Shown: positions 32,257-44,463 of the stretch, one piece after another
How the letters are laid out: the number at the start of each line of letters is the position of its first letter
Position numbering within the stretch: the stretch's first letter is position 1
NCBI RefSeq assembly: GCF_050700635.1
Contig: NZ_JBOHDT010000160.1
Coordinates: 1,738-65,737 of the forward strand
From: Aeromicrobium sp.
Lineage (GTDB): Bacteria; Actinomycetota; Actinomycetes; Propionibacteriales; Nocardioidaceae
Length of the DNA stretch: 64,000 nt
Direction: 5' to 3'
Notes under the pieces: generated by a model
The model's input: only the letters and a program-made list of their open reading frames with translations
Told to the model about the DNA's origin: nothing
Database searches by the model: none
Position numbers and translations under genes: made by a program

Positions 32257-32493
32257 GTGATCATTCTCTTCTCCGTAGTCCTGACGATCGCCAGCTTGCT
32301 GATGATCGTGCTGATCCTCATGCACAAGGGGCGCGGTGGTGGACTGTCCGACATGTTCGGCGGTGGCATCTCCAGCTCGCTGGGCGGATCGTCGGTCGCG
32401 GAGCGCAACCTCGACCGCATCACCGTCGGCATCGCCGTCGTGTGGGTCGTCTGCATCGTGGCGCTCGGACTGCTGTTGAAGGTGAGCAACTGA
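32257..32493 (+). CDS. secG: Preprotein translocase subunit SecG
   Basis: The GTG at 32257 gives VIILFSVVLTIASLLMIVLILMHKGRGGGLSDMFGGG... The track upstream extension overlaps tpiA. Confidence 0.85.
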   Translation: MIILFSVVLTIASLLMIVLILMHKGRGGGLSDMFGGGISSSLGGSSVAERNLDRITVGIAVVWVVCIVALGLLLKVSN

Positions 32494-32494
32494 C

Positions 32495-32848
32495 ATGGCC
32501 GCGGGCGCGATCCGGGGTAGTCGCATCGGCTCCGGACCCATGGGTGAGGCCGAGCGCGGCGAAGCGGCTCCCCGTCAGTCGGTCACGTACTTCTGCAGCA
32601 ACGACCACGTGACCGAGCTGCAGTTCTCCATCGAGGCCGAGGTTCCGGAGTCGTGGGACTGCCCGCGCTGCGGCATGCCGGCCAGCATCGACGAACAGAA
32701 CCGTCCGACGGCCCCCAAGATCGAGCCGTACAAGACCCACCTGGCCTACGTGAAGGAACGCCGGAGCGAGGAAGAGGCCGCCGAGATCCTCACCGAGGCC
32801 ATCGAGACCCTCCGCACCAAGCGCAAGTCTGGCGAAGTCATCTTCTGA
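32495..32848 (+). CDS. rbpA: RNA polymerase-binding protein RbpA
   Basis: ...SVTYFCSNDHVTELQFSIEAEVPESWDCPRCGMPA... plus a C-terminal basic/sigma-interaction region. Confidence 0.9.
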   Translation: MAAGAIRGSRIGSGPMGEAERGEAAPRQSVTYFCSNDHVTELQFSIEAEVPESWDCPRCGMPASIDEQNRPTAPKIEPYKTHLAYVKERRSEEEAAEILTEAIETLRTKRKSGEVIF

Positions 32849-32852
32849 CCCG

Positions 32853-33554
32853 TCATCGTTCGTCCAACTTCGACGCTGCGGCTTCGTCGACGAACCACAG
32901 GGTCCGTTGCAAGCCACGCGCGCCTCGGGCGGGGGTCTCGTCGATCGACCCGTCGTCGGCCAGTGCCCGGGCGACGGCGTCGGCCTTCTCTTCACCTGCG
33001 ACCAGGAACCAGACGGATTCGGTGTGGTTGAGGGCCGGGAAGGTCAAGGAGACTCGTACCGGCGGCGGTTTGGGGGAGTCGAAGAGCTCGACGCAGTCAC
33101 GGTCGACCTCGTGCAGGGCGATGTGGTGCGGGAACAACGACGCGACGTGGCCGTCGGGCCCCATGCCGAGGAGCACCACGTCGAACGGGTCTTCCGGCAG
33201 CGTGGCGGCATAGCGGTCGGCAGCCTCGGCAGCGCTCAGTGAGCAGTCGTTGCCGACGACGCTGTGGACGCTCGTCGCACTGACCCGGTCGAGGAACGCG
33301 TCGCGAGCCTGCTGGTCGTTGCGATCGGCGTGTCCCTCTGGGACGAACCTCTCGTCGCCGAACCAGAACTCGACGTCGGACCAGTCGGCTGCGTCCGCGT
33401 CGATCCGCTCGTAGGCAGCCGCGGCGATCGTTCCACCGGTGAGGACGATCCGCGGTTTGTGCCCCTGGGCCTGCGAGCCGGCCACGAGGGTGGTGAGTCG
33501 TTCGGCGATCGCCTGGGCGAGCGCATCCGCGTCGGGCAACACCTCGACGGTCAT
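32853..33554 (-). CDS. pgl: 6-phosphogluconolactonase
   Basis: The ATG at 33554 gives MTVEVLPDADALAQAIAERL...IVLTGGTIAAAAY... Its start overlaps the opcA stop (ATGA). Confidence 0.9.
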   Translation of the reverse strand: MTVEVLPDADALAQAIAERLTTLVAGSQAQGHKPRIVLTGGTIAAAAYERIDADAADWSDVEFWFGDERFVPEGHADRNDQQARDAFLDRVSATSVHSVVGNDCSLSAAEAADRYAATLPEDPFDVVLLGMGPDGHVASLFPHHIALHEVDRDCVELFDSPKPPPVRVSLTFPALNHTESVWFLVAGEEKADAVARALADDGSIDETPARGARGLQRTLWFVDEAAASKLDER

Positions 33555-34456
33555 GCGTCGGCCAGGAGGTGCTTGATGGTGGCGGCGTAGATGTCGTCCG
33601 AGTCGAGTCGGCGCAGGTCCTCGGCGAGCAGCTCGGCCAGGGTGCGAGCGCCGAGCGGCACCTCGCGCGGTGCCGAGCCCGGGATGCTGAACAGGCACGA
33701 CCTGGTGTCGATCCGCTCGATGGTGACGTCACCGTGAGTCATGTTCAGCACCACCTTCGAGATCTGTTCCTTGTCGCCGCGTCGCTGCGTGATGGGTACG
33801 CGCAGCCGGCTCTCGAGCCAGGCGACCAGGAGCGTCCCCACCGGATTGCCGGGCTTGAACTCGACGGCGCCGCCGGTGACCTTTCCGGCGGACTGGTCGA
33901 GAGCGGCGGCGAGGAGGGCTCGCCAAGGCGTGAGGCGCGTCCAGGAGAGGTCGGTGTCGCCGGGGGAATAGTGGCGGGCCGTGGCCTTGAGGGAGCGGAC
34001 GGGGGAGTCGGTGCTCTCGGCGTCGGTGAGGCGCCGCTGGGCCAGCTGGCCGATGGAGTCGGCCACCGGGTTGGCCGGGGCCTTGTGCGGCCACCAGGCG
34101 ACGACCGGGGAATCGGGGAGCAGCAGTGGAAGGACGACCGAGTCGGCGTGCTTGGTCAGCGGACCGGACAGCCGGAGCAGCACCGACTCGCCGGAAGCAT
34201 TCTGGCCGACACGGACCTTCGCATCGACGCGTGGTGCGCCTCGGCCGTCACCCAGCACGATGCCGATGACTCGGGACGGGTGCTCACGGGACAGCAGCGC
34301 GGCGGTCCGGAGTGCGTCGCCGACCGTCTCGTCGTCGGTGACCACGAGCAGCGTGAGCACCATGTCCATGGCCGGGCTGCCGGCCGCGATACGTGCCTTG
34401 ACCATCGCGTGGGCGATGTCGGACGACGTGGTGCCTTCGAGGCTCGTCTCCATCAT
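33551..34456 (-). CDS. opcA: Glucose-6-phosphate dehydrogenase assembly protein OpcA
   Basis: 301 aa, translationally coupled between zwf and pgl. OpcA-family sequence. Confidence 0.9.
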   Translation of the reverse strand: MMETSLEGTTSSDIAHAMVKARIAAGSPAMDMVLTLLVVTDDETVGDALRTAALLSREHPSRVIGIVLGDGRGAPRVDAKVRVGQNASGESVLLRLSGPLTKHADSVVLPLLLPDSPVVAWWPHKAPANPVADSIGQLAQRRLTDAESTDSPVRSLKATARHYSPGDTDLSWTRLTPWRALLAAALDQSAGKVTGGAVEFKPGNPVGTLLVAWLESRLRVPITQRRGDKEQISKVVLNMTHGDVTIERIDTRSCLFSIPGSAPREVPLGARTLAELLAEDLRRLDSDDIYAATIKHLLADA

Positions 34457-35967
34457 GGTCGTCTCCAGGTCCGGCCGTCGCGGGCGATCATCTCGTCAGC
34501 GGAGGCCGGTCCCCAGGTTCCGGCCGTGTAGGTGTCGATGTTCTCCTGGCGGGCCCAGTGCTCGATGACGGGATCGAGGATCTCCCAGGCGAGCTCGACC
34601 TCCTCGTGCTGCGGGAACAGCGGCGGGTCGCCGAGGAGGACGTCGAGGATGAGGCGCTCGTAGGCCTCCGGGCTGCTCTCGACGAACGCACCCCCGTAGG
34701 CGAAGTCCATCAGGACGTCGCGGATCTCCATGGTGGTTCCGGGCACCTTGGCGCCGAAGCGGAGCGTGACACCTTCGTCGGGCTGGATGCGCATCACCAG
34801 CGCGTTCTCGCCGAGCTCCTCGACGTCGTGCTTGGCGAACGGCTGGTGCGGGGCCGGCTTGAACACCACGGCCACCTCGGTGACACGGCGGCCGAGCCGC
34901 TTGCCGGCGCGCAGGTAGAACGGCACGCCGGCCCAGCGCCGGGTGGCGATGTCGATGCGCATGGCCGCGTAGGTCTCGGTGGTCGACCCCCGCGGGATAC
35001 CCTCCTCCTCGAGGTAGCCGGCGACCTTCTCGCCACCGGCCCACCCCGCGACGTACTGGGCGTGTGCGGTGTGGAAGTCGAGGCGAGGGGTCGGACGGGC
35101 ATTGGCCAGGATCTTCTGCTTTTCGATCCGCAGGCTCGACGCCTTGAACGAGACCGGCTCCTCCATCGCGATGAGAGCCATCAGCTGCAGCAGATGGTTC
35201 TGGATCACATCCCGTGCGGCGCCGATGCTGTCGTAATAGCCGGCCCGGGTGCCGATGCCGATGTCCTCGGCCATCGTGATCTGGACGTGGTCGACGTAGT
35301 TGCCGTTCCAGATCGGCTCGAACATCCCGTTCGCGAACCGGAACGCCAGGACGTTCTGCACCGTCTCCTTGCCGAGGTAGTGGTCGATGCGGAACACGCT
35401 CTCGCGAGGGAACACCTCGGCCACGACCCGGTTGAGGTCCTGGGCCGAGGCGAGGTCGTGCCCGAAGGGCTTCTCGATGACCACCCGACGCCAGCCGTCG
35501 TCGGACGTCGCCAGGCCGTGCTCCCTGAGCTGGGAGACGACCACCGGGAACAGAGCCGGTGGGATGGACAGGTAGAACGCGTGGTTGCCGTTGGTCCCCT
35601 GCTGTTCGTCGAGCTCGCGCATCGTGTCGGCAAGACGTTTCCAGGCGGCATCGTCATCGAACTCCCCGGGAACGAATCGGATCCCGGCAGCGAGCTGGTT
35701 CCAGAGGGTTTCGCGCCACGGCGTGCGAGCTCCGTCCTTCGCGGCCTGCTTGATCAGCTGAGCGAACTCATCCTGGCTGAAGTCGTGGCGAGCGAAACCG
35801 ACGAGCCCGAACCCCGGTGGCAGCAGGCCCCGGTTCGCCAGGTCGTAGACGGCCGGGATGAGCTTCTTGCGGGAGAGATCGCCGGTGACGCCGAACAGGA
35901 TCAGGCTGCACGGGCCGGCGATCCGGGGCAGGCGGCGGTCCTGTGGGTCGCGCAGAGGGTTGGTCAT
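34453..35967 (-). CDS. zwf: Glucose-6-phosphate 1-dehydrogenase
   Basis: 504 aa. LILFGVTGDLSRKKL (NADP-binding site) and RIDHYLGKE active-site motif. Confidence 0.97.
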   Translation of the reverse strand: MTNPLRDPQDRRLPRIAGPCSLILFGVTGDLSRKKLIPAVYDLANRGLLPPGFGLVGFARHDFSQDEFAQLIKQAAKDGARTPWRETLWNQLAAGIRFVPGEFDDDAAWKRLADTMRELDEQQGTNGNHAFYLSIPPALFPVVVSQLREHGLATSDDGWRRVVIEKPFGHDLASAQDLNRVVAEVFPRESVFRIDHYLGKETVQNVLAFRFANGMFEPIWNGNYVDHVQITMAEDIGIGTRAGYYDSIGAARDVIQNHLLQLMALIAMEEPVSFKASSLRIEKQKILANARPTPRLDFHTAHAQYVAGWAGGEKVAGYLEEEGIPRGSTTETYAAMRIDIATRRWAGVPFYLRAGKRLGRRVTEVAVVFKPAPHQPFAKHDVEELGENALVMRIQPDEGVTLRFGAKVPGTTMEIRDVLMDFAYGGAFVESSPEAYERLILDVLLGDPPLFPQHEEVELAWEILDPVIEHWARQENIDTYTAGTWGPASADEMIARDGRTWRRP

Positions 35968-37556
35968 GAAAGGAGCTCGCGCAGGACTGGCAGGGCAGTT
36001 GATGCGTCGGACAGGTGCAGGCGGAGGACCGGACGTCCGCTCTTGCGGAGAACCTGCGCGTCGCCCGCGGCCTGGGACGCGATGAACTGCCCGAAGGTGA
36101 AGTCACGCCCCGGGACGTCGAGATCGTCCACCGGGTCGCAGGTGAGCTGCAGGTACACGCCGGTAGCGGGTCCGCCCTTGTGGTACTGCCCGGTCGAGTG
36201 CAGGAAGCGCGGGCCCCAGCCGAACGTGACCGGGCGGCCGGTCCGCTTGGCCAGGTCCTCACGGAGCGCGGCGTACTCGGGCACGCCGAGGCGGTCGACG
36301 TAGGCCTGGACGCCGACATAGCCGTGGAACAGGTCGAGTGAGGCGAGCAGCTCGTCGACCGCGGCCCGCAGGTCGGACGCCGTAGTGCCGTACGCCGCCA
36401 CCCCCTCGGACTCCAGATCGGGTTGTTCGGAGTTGCTCCCGCCGTCGAGGGCCGCACGGGCCGCCTTCTTGGCGCTCTCGACGTCGGGCTGGTCGAACGG
36501 ATTGATGCCGAGGAGGCGACCCGCCACGGCCACCGCGGTCTCCCAGACGAGCATCTGCGCGCCGAGCCCGCCGCGCACGCCGGCCGACCACCCCGACTGC
36601 GCTTCGGGCGCATTGGGACCGCCGAGGGCGACCAACAAGCTGTCGGCCGTGCTCGGGTTGAAGTTGAACGCGTTCTCGAACGGCACGACGACGGGCAGGA
36701 TGCCCCGACCCTGCTTGCCGGTGGACTCGGCCACCAGCTGCTCGATCCAGTCGCCGAGGCCGTGACGCGATTGGTCGGCGAGCACGAGCTTGTCGACACC
36801 GTGCCGGTTCGCGACGCCGAGCATGACGCCCAGCCTCAGGGCCGGGTTGTCGCCGTCGTCAGCAGCGACGCTCGCCTGCACCGTCTCGGCGTCGTCGAGG
36901 AGCTCCCCGATGGGCGCGCCGGCCAGACCGGCCGGCACGAGGCCGAAGGCGGTGAGCGCCGAGTAGCGTCCGCCGACATCCGGATCGGCGCGGAACACCC
37001 GGTAGCCGGCCTCGGAGGCCTCCTGGTCGAGGGGGGAGTCGGGATCGGTGACGACGACGATGTGGTCGGCCGGGTCGAGGCCTGCGCTTCGGACGGCCTG
37101 TTCGTAGCCGCGCTTCAGGCTGTCGGTCTCGACCGTGCCGCCGGACTTGCTGGAGACCACGACCACGCTGCGTTCGAGGCGGTCGGCGAGGGCGCGCCGA
37201 ACCATGTCGGGCTGCGAGGAGTCGAGCACCGTGAGCTCCACGCCGGCGGTGTGACAGATGACCTCCGGAGCCAGCGAGGAGCCTCCCATCCCGCACAGGA
37301 CGACGTGGTCGAGACCGCGACTGACCAGGTCATCGCGCAGCGCCTCGATCTCGTCGACGAGAGGGCGCGACGACGTGGGCAGCGATGTCCACGCCAGGCG
37401 GACGGATGCCTCGGACTCGGCCTCGGGACCCCACAGTGTCGGATCCTGGTCGGCGATGCGAGAGGCGACTCGGTCCTCGATGGCACGGTGCATCGCCTGC
37501 TCGAACTCACGCTGGACGGGAACGGCGAGCGTGGCGCCGAACGGGAGAGACGTCAT
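35964..37556 (-). CDS. pgi: Glucose-6-phosphate isomerase
   Basis: 530 aa with SIS-domain motifs ...VVLCGMGGSSLAPEV... It sits between tal and zwf in one operon. Confidence 0.88.
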   Translation of the reverse strand: MTSLPFGATLAVPVQREFEQAMHRAIEDRVASRIADQDPTLWGPEAESEASVRLAWTSLPTSSRPLVDEIEALRDDLVSRGLDHVVLCGMGGSSLAPEVICHTAGVELTVLDSSQPDMVRRALADRLERSVVVVSSKSGGTVETDSLKRGYEQAVRSAGLDPADHIVVVTDPDSPLDQEASEAGYRVFRADPDVGGRYSALTAFGLVPAGLAGAPIGELLDDAETVQASVAADDGDNPALRLGVMLGVANRHGVDKLVLADQSRHGLGDWIEQLVAESTGKQGRGILPVVVPFENAFNFNPSTADSLLVALGGPNAPEAQSGWSAGVRGGLGAQMLVWETAVAVAGRLLGINPFDQPDVESAKKAARAALDGGSNSEQPDLESEGVAAYGTTASDLRAAVDELLASLDLFHGYVGVQAYVDRLGVPEYAALREDLAKRTGRPVTFGWGPRFLHSTGQYHKGGPATGVYLQLTCDPVDDLDVPGRDFTFGQFIASQAAGDAQVLRKSGRPVLRLHLSDASTALPVLRELLS

Positions 37557-37559
37557 GGA

Positions 37560-38648
37560 TCAGGCCTTGTCGAGCTCGTTCGAGACGGTGTCGCGCAGCT
37601 CGGCCCATGAGGTGTCGAACTTGTCGACTCCTTCGTCCTCGAGGACGGCGACGACGTCGTCGTAGCTGATGCCCTCCCGCTCGAGCGCCGCGATGACGTC
37701 GCGGGCGTCGTCGTAGGTGCCGTGAACCGTGTCGCCTCTGATCTCCCCGTGCTCGGCGAAGGCGTCCATCGTCTTCTCGGGCATGGTGTTGACGGTGGCG
37801 GCGACGACGAGCTCGGTGACGTACATGGTGTCCGGGTAGGCGGGATCCTTGACGCCGGTGGAGGCCCACAGCGGTCGCTGCGGGTTGGCACCCTTCGCCG
37901 TGAGGTCCTGGAACCGCGGTGATCGGGCCACCGCCTCGAAGGCCTCGTACGCCAGGCGAGCGTTGGCGATGGCCGCCTTGCCACGCAGCGGATGATCGTC
38001 ACCGAGCCGCTTGTCGACCTCGGTGTCGACGCGGCTGACGAAGAACGACGCGACCGACTGGATCGAGCCCAGGTCGTGCCCGTTCTCTGCCGCCTGCTCG
38101 AGCCCCGCAAGGTAGGCGTCCATGACGCCGCGATAGCGGTCGAGCGAGAAGATCAGCGTGACGTTGACGCTGATGCCGTTCGCGATGGTCGCCGTGATCG
38201 CGGGCAGCCCCTCCTCGGTGGCCGGGATCTTGATGAAGAGGTTCGGACGATTGACGCGCTGCCACAGCTTCTGGGCCAGCTCCACCGTGTGATCGGTGTC
38301 GCGAGCCGCGCCGGGGTCGACCTCGATGGACACCCGCCCGTCGACGCCGTCGGTGGCGTCGTAAACATCGCGTAGGACGTCGCAGGCGCGTTGTACGTCG
38401 GTGGTGGTGAGCTCGAAGACGGCGGCGTCGACGCCTGCACCCGACTCCTTGAGCTCGCCGATCTGGTCGGCGTACAGCTCGCCGTCGGATAGCGCGCTCG
38501 CGAAGATCGTCGGGTTCGTGGTGACGCCCACGACCCCGGACGACTCGACGAGCTCGGCAAGTCCGCCGGACACGATGCGCTCGCGGGAGAGGTCGTCCAG
38601 CCAGATCGACACGCCGGCATCGGTGAGGGCTTGTAGGCGGTCGTTCAT
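37560..38648 (-). CDS. tal: Transaldolase
   Basis: 362 aa. ...[14 protein letters not shown]...GVTTNPTIF...FIKIPAT... motifs. Confidence 0.95.
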   Translation of the reverse strand: MNDRLQALTDAGVSIWLDDLSRERIVSGGLAELVESSGVVGVTTNPTIFASALSDGELYADQIGELKESGAGVDAAVFELTTTDVQRACDVLRDVYDATDGVDGRVSIEVDPGAARDTDHTVELAQKLWQRVNRPNLFIKIPATEEGLPAITATIANGISVNVTLIFSLDRYRGVMDAYLAGLEQAAENGHDLGSIQSVASFFVSRVDTEVDKRLGDDHPLRGKAAIANARLAYEAFEAVARSPRFQDLTAKGANPQRPLWASTGVKDPAYPDTMYVTELVVAATVNTMPEKTMDAFAEHGEIRGDTVHGTYDDARDVIAALEREGISYDDVVAVLEDEGVDKFDTSWAELRDTVSNELDKA

Positions 38649-38679
38649 GGGTCTCCTTCGCTCGGGGGTGAGTTGTCGG

Positions 38680-40851
<2,172 letters not shown>

Positions 40852-40932
40852 GCAGGGCTCCTGATCTCTCGTCGTGGAGGTCGCCTCGACGACCTCGTCG
40901 TGCCGTCGCTCCGACCCTACTAGCCGTGGGAT

Positions 40933-40938
40933 TAGACT
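40933..40938 (+). promoter_or_regulatory. -10-like TAGACT, 8 nt upstream of the ctaB GTG (leaderless candidate)
   Basis: Read directly from the sequence. No Shine-Dalgarno sequence lies before the GTG at 40946. Confidence 0.35.
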
Positions 40939-40945
40939 CGCCCCC

Positions 40946-41887
40946 GTGAGTGCACTCGAGACGCCGTTGGCCCAGGGGTCCCTCGAGGCGTCGTCCCGCA
41001 CCACGTTCACGGGGGTTGTCGGTGCCTATGTGGCGCTGATGAAGCCACGCATCATCGAGCTGCTGCTGCTCACCACCGTGCCGGTCATGTTCCTCGCGGC
41101 CCAGGGCGTCCCGCCGCTGTGGCTGGTGATTGCCACGGTCGTCGGTGGCACCTTGTCGGCCGGCAGCGCCAACGCCCTCAACTGCGTCTTCGACGCCGAC
41201 ATCGACACCAAGATGCGCCGCACCGCGCGTCGCCCGCTGCCACGGCACCAGGTCTCGACCAGCGCCGCCCTGGTGTTCGGCCTGGTGCTGGGTGTCGTCT
41301 CCACGCTCTGGCTCGGGGTGCTCGTCAACTGGCTCTCGGCCGGGCTCGCGCTCGCCGCCAACGTGTTCTACGTCGTCGGCTACACGATGATCCTGAAGCG
41401 ACGGACCACCCAGAACATCGTCTGGGGCGGAGCGGCGGGCTGCTTCCCGGCGCTGATCGGCTGGACAGCGGTCACGGGCGAGCTCGCGTGGGCGCCGGTC
41501 GTCCTGTTCGTCGTGGTCTTCTTCTGGACGCCGCCCCACTTCTGGGCCCTGGCCATGCGGTACCGCGACGACTACGCCGCCGCCGGCGTCCCGATGCTCC
41601 CGTCGGTGGCCTCCTCGCGCGAGGTCGCGCAGAAGATCGTCACCTACTCCTGGATCATGGTCCTCACGTCGATCGCCCTGTGGCCGGTGGCCGTCACCGG
41701 CTGGTTCTACCCCGGCGTCGCGATCGTCCTCGGCATCGTGTTCCTCGTCGAGGCCTACGACCTCCGCACTCGCTCGCACGACAGCGAGGAGCTGTCGGTC
41801 ATCAAGCCGATGCGCCTGTTCCATCTCTCCAACGCCTACCTCGCGCTGCTCTTCGTGGCCGCGGCCGCCGACCCCTTCCTCCGGTGA
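40946..41887 (+). CDS. ctaB: Protoheme IX farnesyltransferase (heme O synthase)
   Basis: UbiA-family polytopic protein ...[19 protein letters not shown]...[21 protein letters not shown]... The start is chosen from promoter geometry; the track start is 40874. Confidence 0.9.
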   Translation: MSALETPLAQGSLEASSRTTFTGVVGAYVALMKPRIIELLLLTTVPVMFLAAQGVPPLWLVIATVVGGTLSAGSANALNCVFDADIDTKMRRTARRPLPRHQVSTSAALVFGLVLGVVSTLWLGVLVNWLSAGLALAANVFYVVGYTMILKRRTTQNIVWGGAAGCFPALIGWTAVTGELAWAPVVLFVVVFFWTPPHFWALAMRYRDDYAAAGVPMLPSVASSREVAQKIVTYSWIMVLTSIALWPVAVTGWFYPGVAIVLGIVFLVEAYDLRTRSHDSEELSVIKPMRLFHLSNAYLALLFVAAAADPFLR

Positions 41888-42240
41888 TCCCCGCCGATTG
41901 GCAGCCCTACCACCGCGACGATGGCGAGCTCATCGGCTACCTTGTGGCGGACGAGAGCGGCCTCGTCGTCCCCGTCAACCTGGTCGGCCACCCGATCGGT
42001 GCGGCCATTGACCGGTTCGCTGCCGAGGACATGCTCGAAGACGCCGGCCTGTCCTACCTGGCCGAGCCGTGGCTGCTCCGCCGCGACGACGGTTCCGACC
42101 AGCGGGTCGTGATCGTCGAGGTGGACGCCGACCACGTCGTGGTGAGCGACGCCGACTTCGCCCTGGTGGTCGGACGCCCCGTGGACATGGTCGAGCGCGT
42201 CACGCTGTCGGTTCCCACCGACCGGCTCCGTCCCGCATGA
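41884..42240 (+). CDS. Acidic 118-aa protein of unknown function
   Basis: Strong GC3 coding bias. Its GTG start overlaps the ctaB stop (GTGA), and its stop overlaps the next ATG (ATGA). I recognise no domain. The track shows only a long fused ORF, 41119-42240. Confidence 0.6.
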   Translation: MIPADWQPYHRDDGELIGYLVADESGLVVPVNLVGHPIGAAIDRFAAEDMLEDAGLSYLAEPWLLRRDDGSDQRVVIVEVDADHVVVSDADFALVVGRPVDMVERVTLSVPTDRLRPA

Positions 42241-42779
42241 GCACCTCGAGTGGCGACTGGTCGCTCGAAGCCGGGGTGACGATGCGGGTCCGCGAGGTCG
42301 GCCCCGACGACTGGGTGGTCTGGCGCCTGCTCCGTCAGCGCTCGCTCCTGGAGGACCCGCAGGCCTTTGCGGCGTCGGTCGAGCGCTGGACCGGCGAACA
42401 GGACCGCGAGGGCAACTGGCGCGCTCGTCTGGCCGCGCCCGGCGCTTGCTTCGTGGCTGAGCACGGGGCCGCACCCGTGGGCCTGGTCGCGATCCGGCCC
42501 AACGATGACGACGACGGCCAGCAGCTGATCTCCATGTGGGTTGCCCCATCGGCACGCGGGCACGGCGTCGGCCGTGCACTCGTCGGACGGGTGATCGCCG
42601 CTGCTGCCGGCCGGCCCCTGTGGTTGCGGGTGCTCGACGGCAACGAGACCGCGATCCGCCTGTACGAACGTTGCGGCTTCGTGCTCGACGACTCCGATCC
42701 GGACGCCGAAGGCTGCCGCGCCATGCACCGACCTGAGGCCGTCGCGGGCGGTGACTCTACGTCCAGTCAGCGCAGTTGA
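42237..42779 (+). CDS. GNAT-family N-acetyltransferase
   Basis: It has an acetyl-CoA-binding motif ...WVAPSARGHGVGRALV... and ...AIRLYERCGF... An alternative start is the M at 42282. Confidence 0.8.
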   Translation: MSTSSGDWSLEAGVTMRVREVGPDDWVVWRLLRQRSLLEDPQAFAASVERWTGEQDREGNWRARLAAPGACFVAEHGAAPVGLVAIRPNDDDDGQQLISMWVAPSARGHGVGRALVGRVIAAAAGRPLWLRVLDGNETAIRLYERCGFVLDDSDPDAEGCRAMHRPEAVAGGDSTSSQRS

Positions 42780-43699
42780 GTGGACGCAGAGTCACCGCTT
42801 TGGGTGGCGAGTGGACGCTCATCCACCTTCGCGGCTGACCGGACCGCCAGCACGAGGCGCGCCCCCGAGGCCACCAGGATCGCGGCACCCACCAGGTGGG
42901 CTGCCACGAGCGCGACGGGCAGATCGGTGAGGTACTGCACGAGGCCGATGGTGACTTGCAGGAGCTCGACGGCCAGGAGCAGGAACGCGAAGCGTACGGC
43001 AGCAGTTCCGCGCAGCACGACGATCGTGGCGAGGGTCAGGGCCAGCAGCACGTAGACGCCGGCTGCGTGAACGTGGCTCATCACGTGCGGGTCGAGTCCG
43101 TTGCGCGGAGAGCTGGCGTCGCCGGCGTGCGGACCGCTGCCCGTGACCATGGTGCCGAGATAGACGACCACGACCAGCACGGCGAACGTGACTTGGCTGA
43201 GCGCGACCGATCGGGCCGGAACAGGTGTTGCGGCCTCGGGTCGAACACGGACGACGAGTAGCACCGAGCCCACGATGAGCGCCATCGAGAGCAGCAGGTG
43301 GAGCGAGACGATCCATGGGTTGAGATCGGTGAGCACTGTGATGCCGCCGATGACGCCCTGGAACGGGATGCCGAGTGCCAGCACGACCGCGAGCCGCCGG
43401 GTGAATGGCGTCGCCCCGGCCCACCTCCAGATGGCGATGAGCGTTCCGATCGCGACGGCGACGAGCGCGTAGGTGAGCATGCGGTTGCCGAACTCGATCA
43501 CGCCGTGGATACCGAGCTCGCGGTGCGGCACGAACGACTCGTCCGTGCAGCGCGGCCAGCTGGGGCAGCCGAGGCCGGAGCCGGTGAGCCGTACCAGGCC
43601 ACCGGTGAGCACGATGACCGTGTTGGCGACGACCGATGCCCACGCCCATCGCTCGACGGTCACGCGATCCGGCGAGAGGAGGGCCGACTTCACTCCCAT
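42767..43699 (-). CDS. ctaA: Heme A synthase (COX15/CtaA family)
   Basis: The ATG at 43699 gives MGVKSALLSPDRVTVERWAWASVVANTVIVLTGGLVRLTGSGLGCPSWPRC... The upstream part of the track ORF is Arg-rich junk. Confidence 0.85.
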   Translation of the reverse strand: MGVKSALLSPDRVTVERWAWASVVANTVIVLTGGLVRLTGSGLGCPSWPRCTDESFVPHRELGIHGVIEFGNRMLTYALVAVAIGTLIAIWRWAGATPFTRRLAVVLALGIPFQGVIGGITVLTDLNPWIVSLHLLLSMALIVGSVLLVVRVRPEAATPVPARSVALSQVTFAVLVVVVYLGTMVTGSGPHAGDASSPRNGLDPHVMSHVHAAGVYVLLALTLATIVVLRGTAAVRFAFLLLAVELLQVTIGLVQYLTDLPVALVAAHLVGAAILVASGARLVLAVRSAAKVDERPLATQSGDSASTQLR

Positions 43700-44463
43700 C
43701 GGAACGTCCTTGCGGTGAGGACGCCGGCGCCGAGCGCCCACACCAGCAGCACGACCACCGGCAGCAGGCCGGGGGAGACACCGTTGAACGCGTCGCGCAG
43801 CCCCTGTCCGAGCGCACCGGAGGGCAGCAGCTCGAGTGCGCGATGGGTGGGTCCGGGGTAACGCTCGAGCGGGACGATGAGACCGCCACCGACGAGCAAC
43901 ATCACGTAGACGAGGTTGGCGACGGCCAGTGTCGCCTCGGCGCGCAGGGTTCCTGCGATGAGCAGCCCGAGCGATCCGAAGGCGGCCGTGCCGAGCAGGG
44001 CCAGGAGTATCAGCCAGCCGACCGCCGCCACGCCACCCGAGGGGTCCCACCCCACGAGCATCGCCACCACCGTAAGCAGCAGGAGCTGGACGAGCTCGAC
44101 GAGCAGGACGGCGCCGATCTTGCCGATCAACAGCCCCCAGCGGGGGAGCGGAGTCGCGCCGAGCCGCTTGAGCACGCCGTAGCGTCGCTCGAAACCGGTG
44201 GCGATGGCGAGGGACGTGAATGACGTCGACAGCACGGCCAGCGCGAGTACACCGGGCGTGATGATGTCGATCGGACGGCCAGGGCCGAGATCGACGATCT
44301 GGTCGGAGCGGGTTCCGAGGACCAGGAGCAGCAACGGGATGACCAAGGTCAGCAGCAGCTGCTCACCGTTGCGAGAAAGCAGCCGAAGCTCCATGACGGT
44401 CTGCGCCTTCAGCATCTCGCTCTTCGTCGCGGCGCCCGGCCGTGGGGACAGGTCGAGGATCAT
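43690..44463 (-). CDS. ABC-2 type transporter permease
   Basis: The ATG at 44463 gives MILDLSPRPGAATKSEMLKAQTVMELRLLSRNGEQLLLTLVIPLLLL..., with six predicted TM segments. Its start overlaps the ATPase stop (ATGA). Confidence 0.8.
   Translation of the reverse strand: MILDLSPRPGAATKSEMLKAQTVMELRLLSRNGEQLLLTLVIPLLLLVLGTRSDQIVDLGPGRPIDIITPGVLALAVLSTSFTSLAIATGFERRYGVLKRLGATPLPRWGLLIGKIGAVLLVELVQLLLLTVVAMLVGWDPSGGVAAVGWLILLALLGTAAFGSLGLLIAGTLRAEATLAVANLVYVMLLVGGGLIVPLERYPGPTHRALELLPSGALGQGLRDAFNGVSPGLLPVVVLLVWALGAGVLTARTFRWE

Noticed and set aside
41884-42779. Calling the small-protein/GNAT pair a type II GNAT toxin-antitoxin module.
   Set aside because: The upstream protein has no RHH/DUF1778-like features, is highly acidic and is longer than known antitoxins. 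The pair is translationally chained to ctaB. The evidence is insufficient for a TA call.
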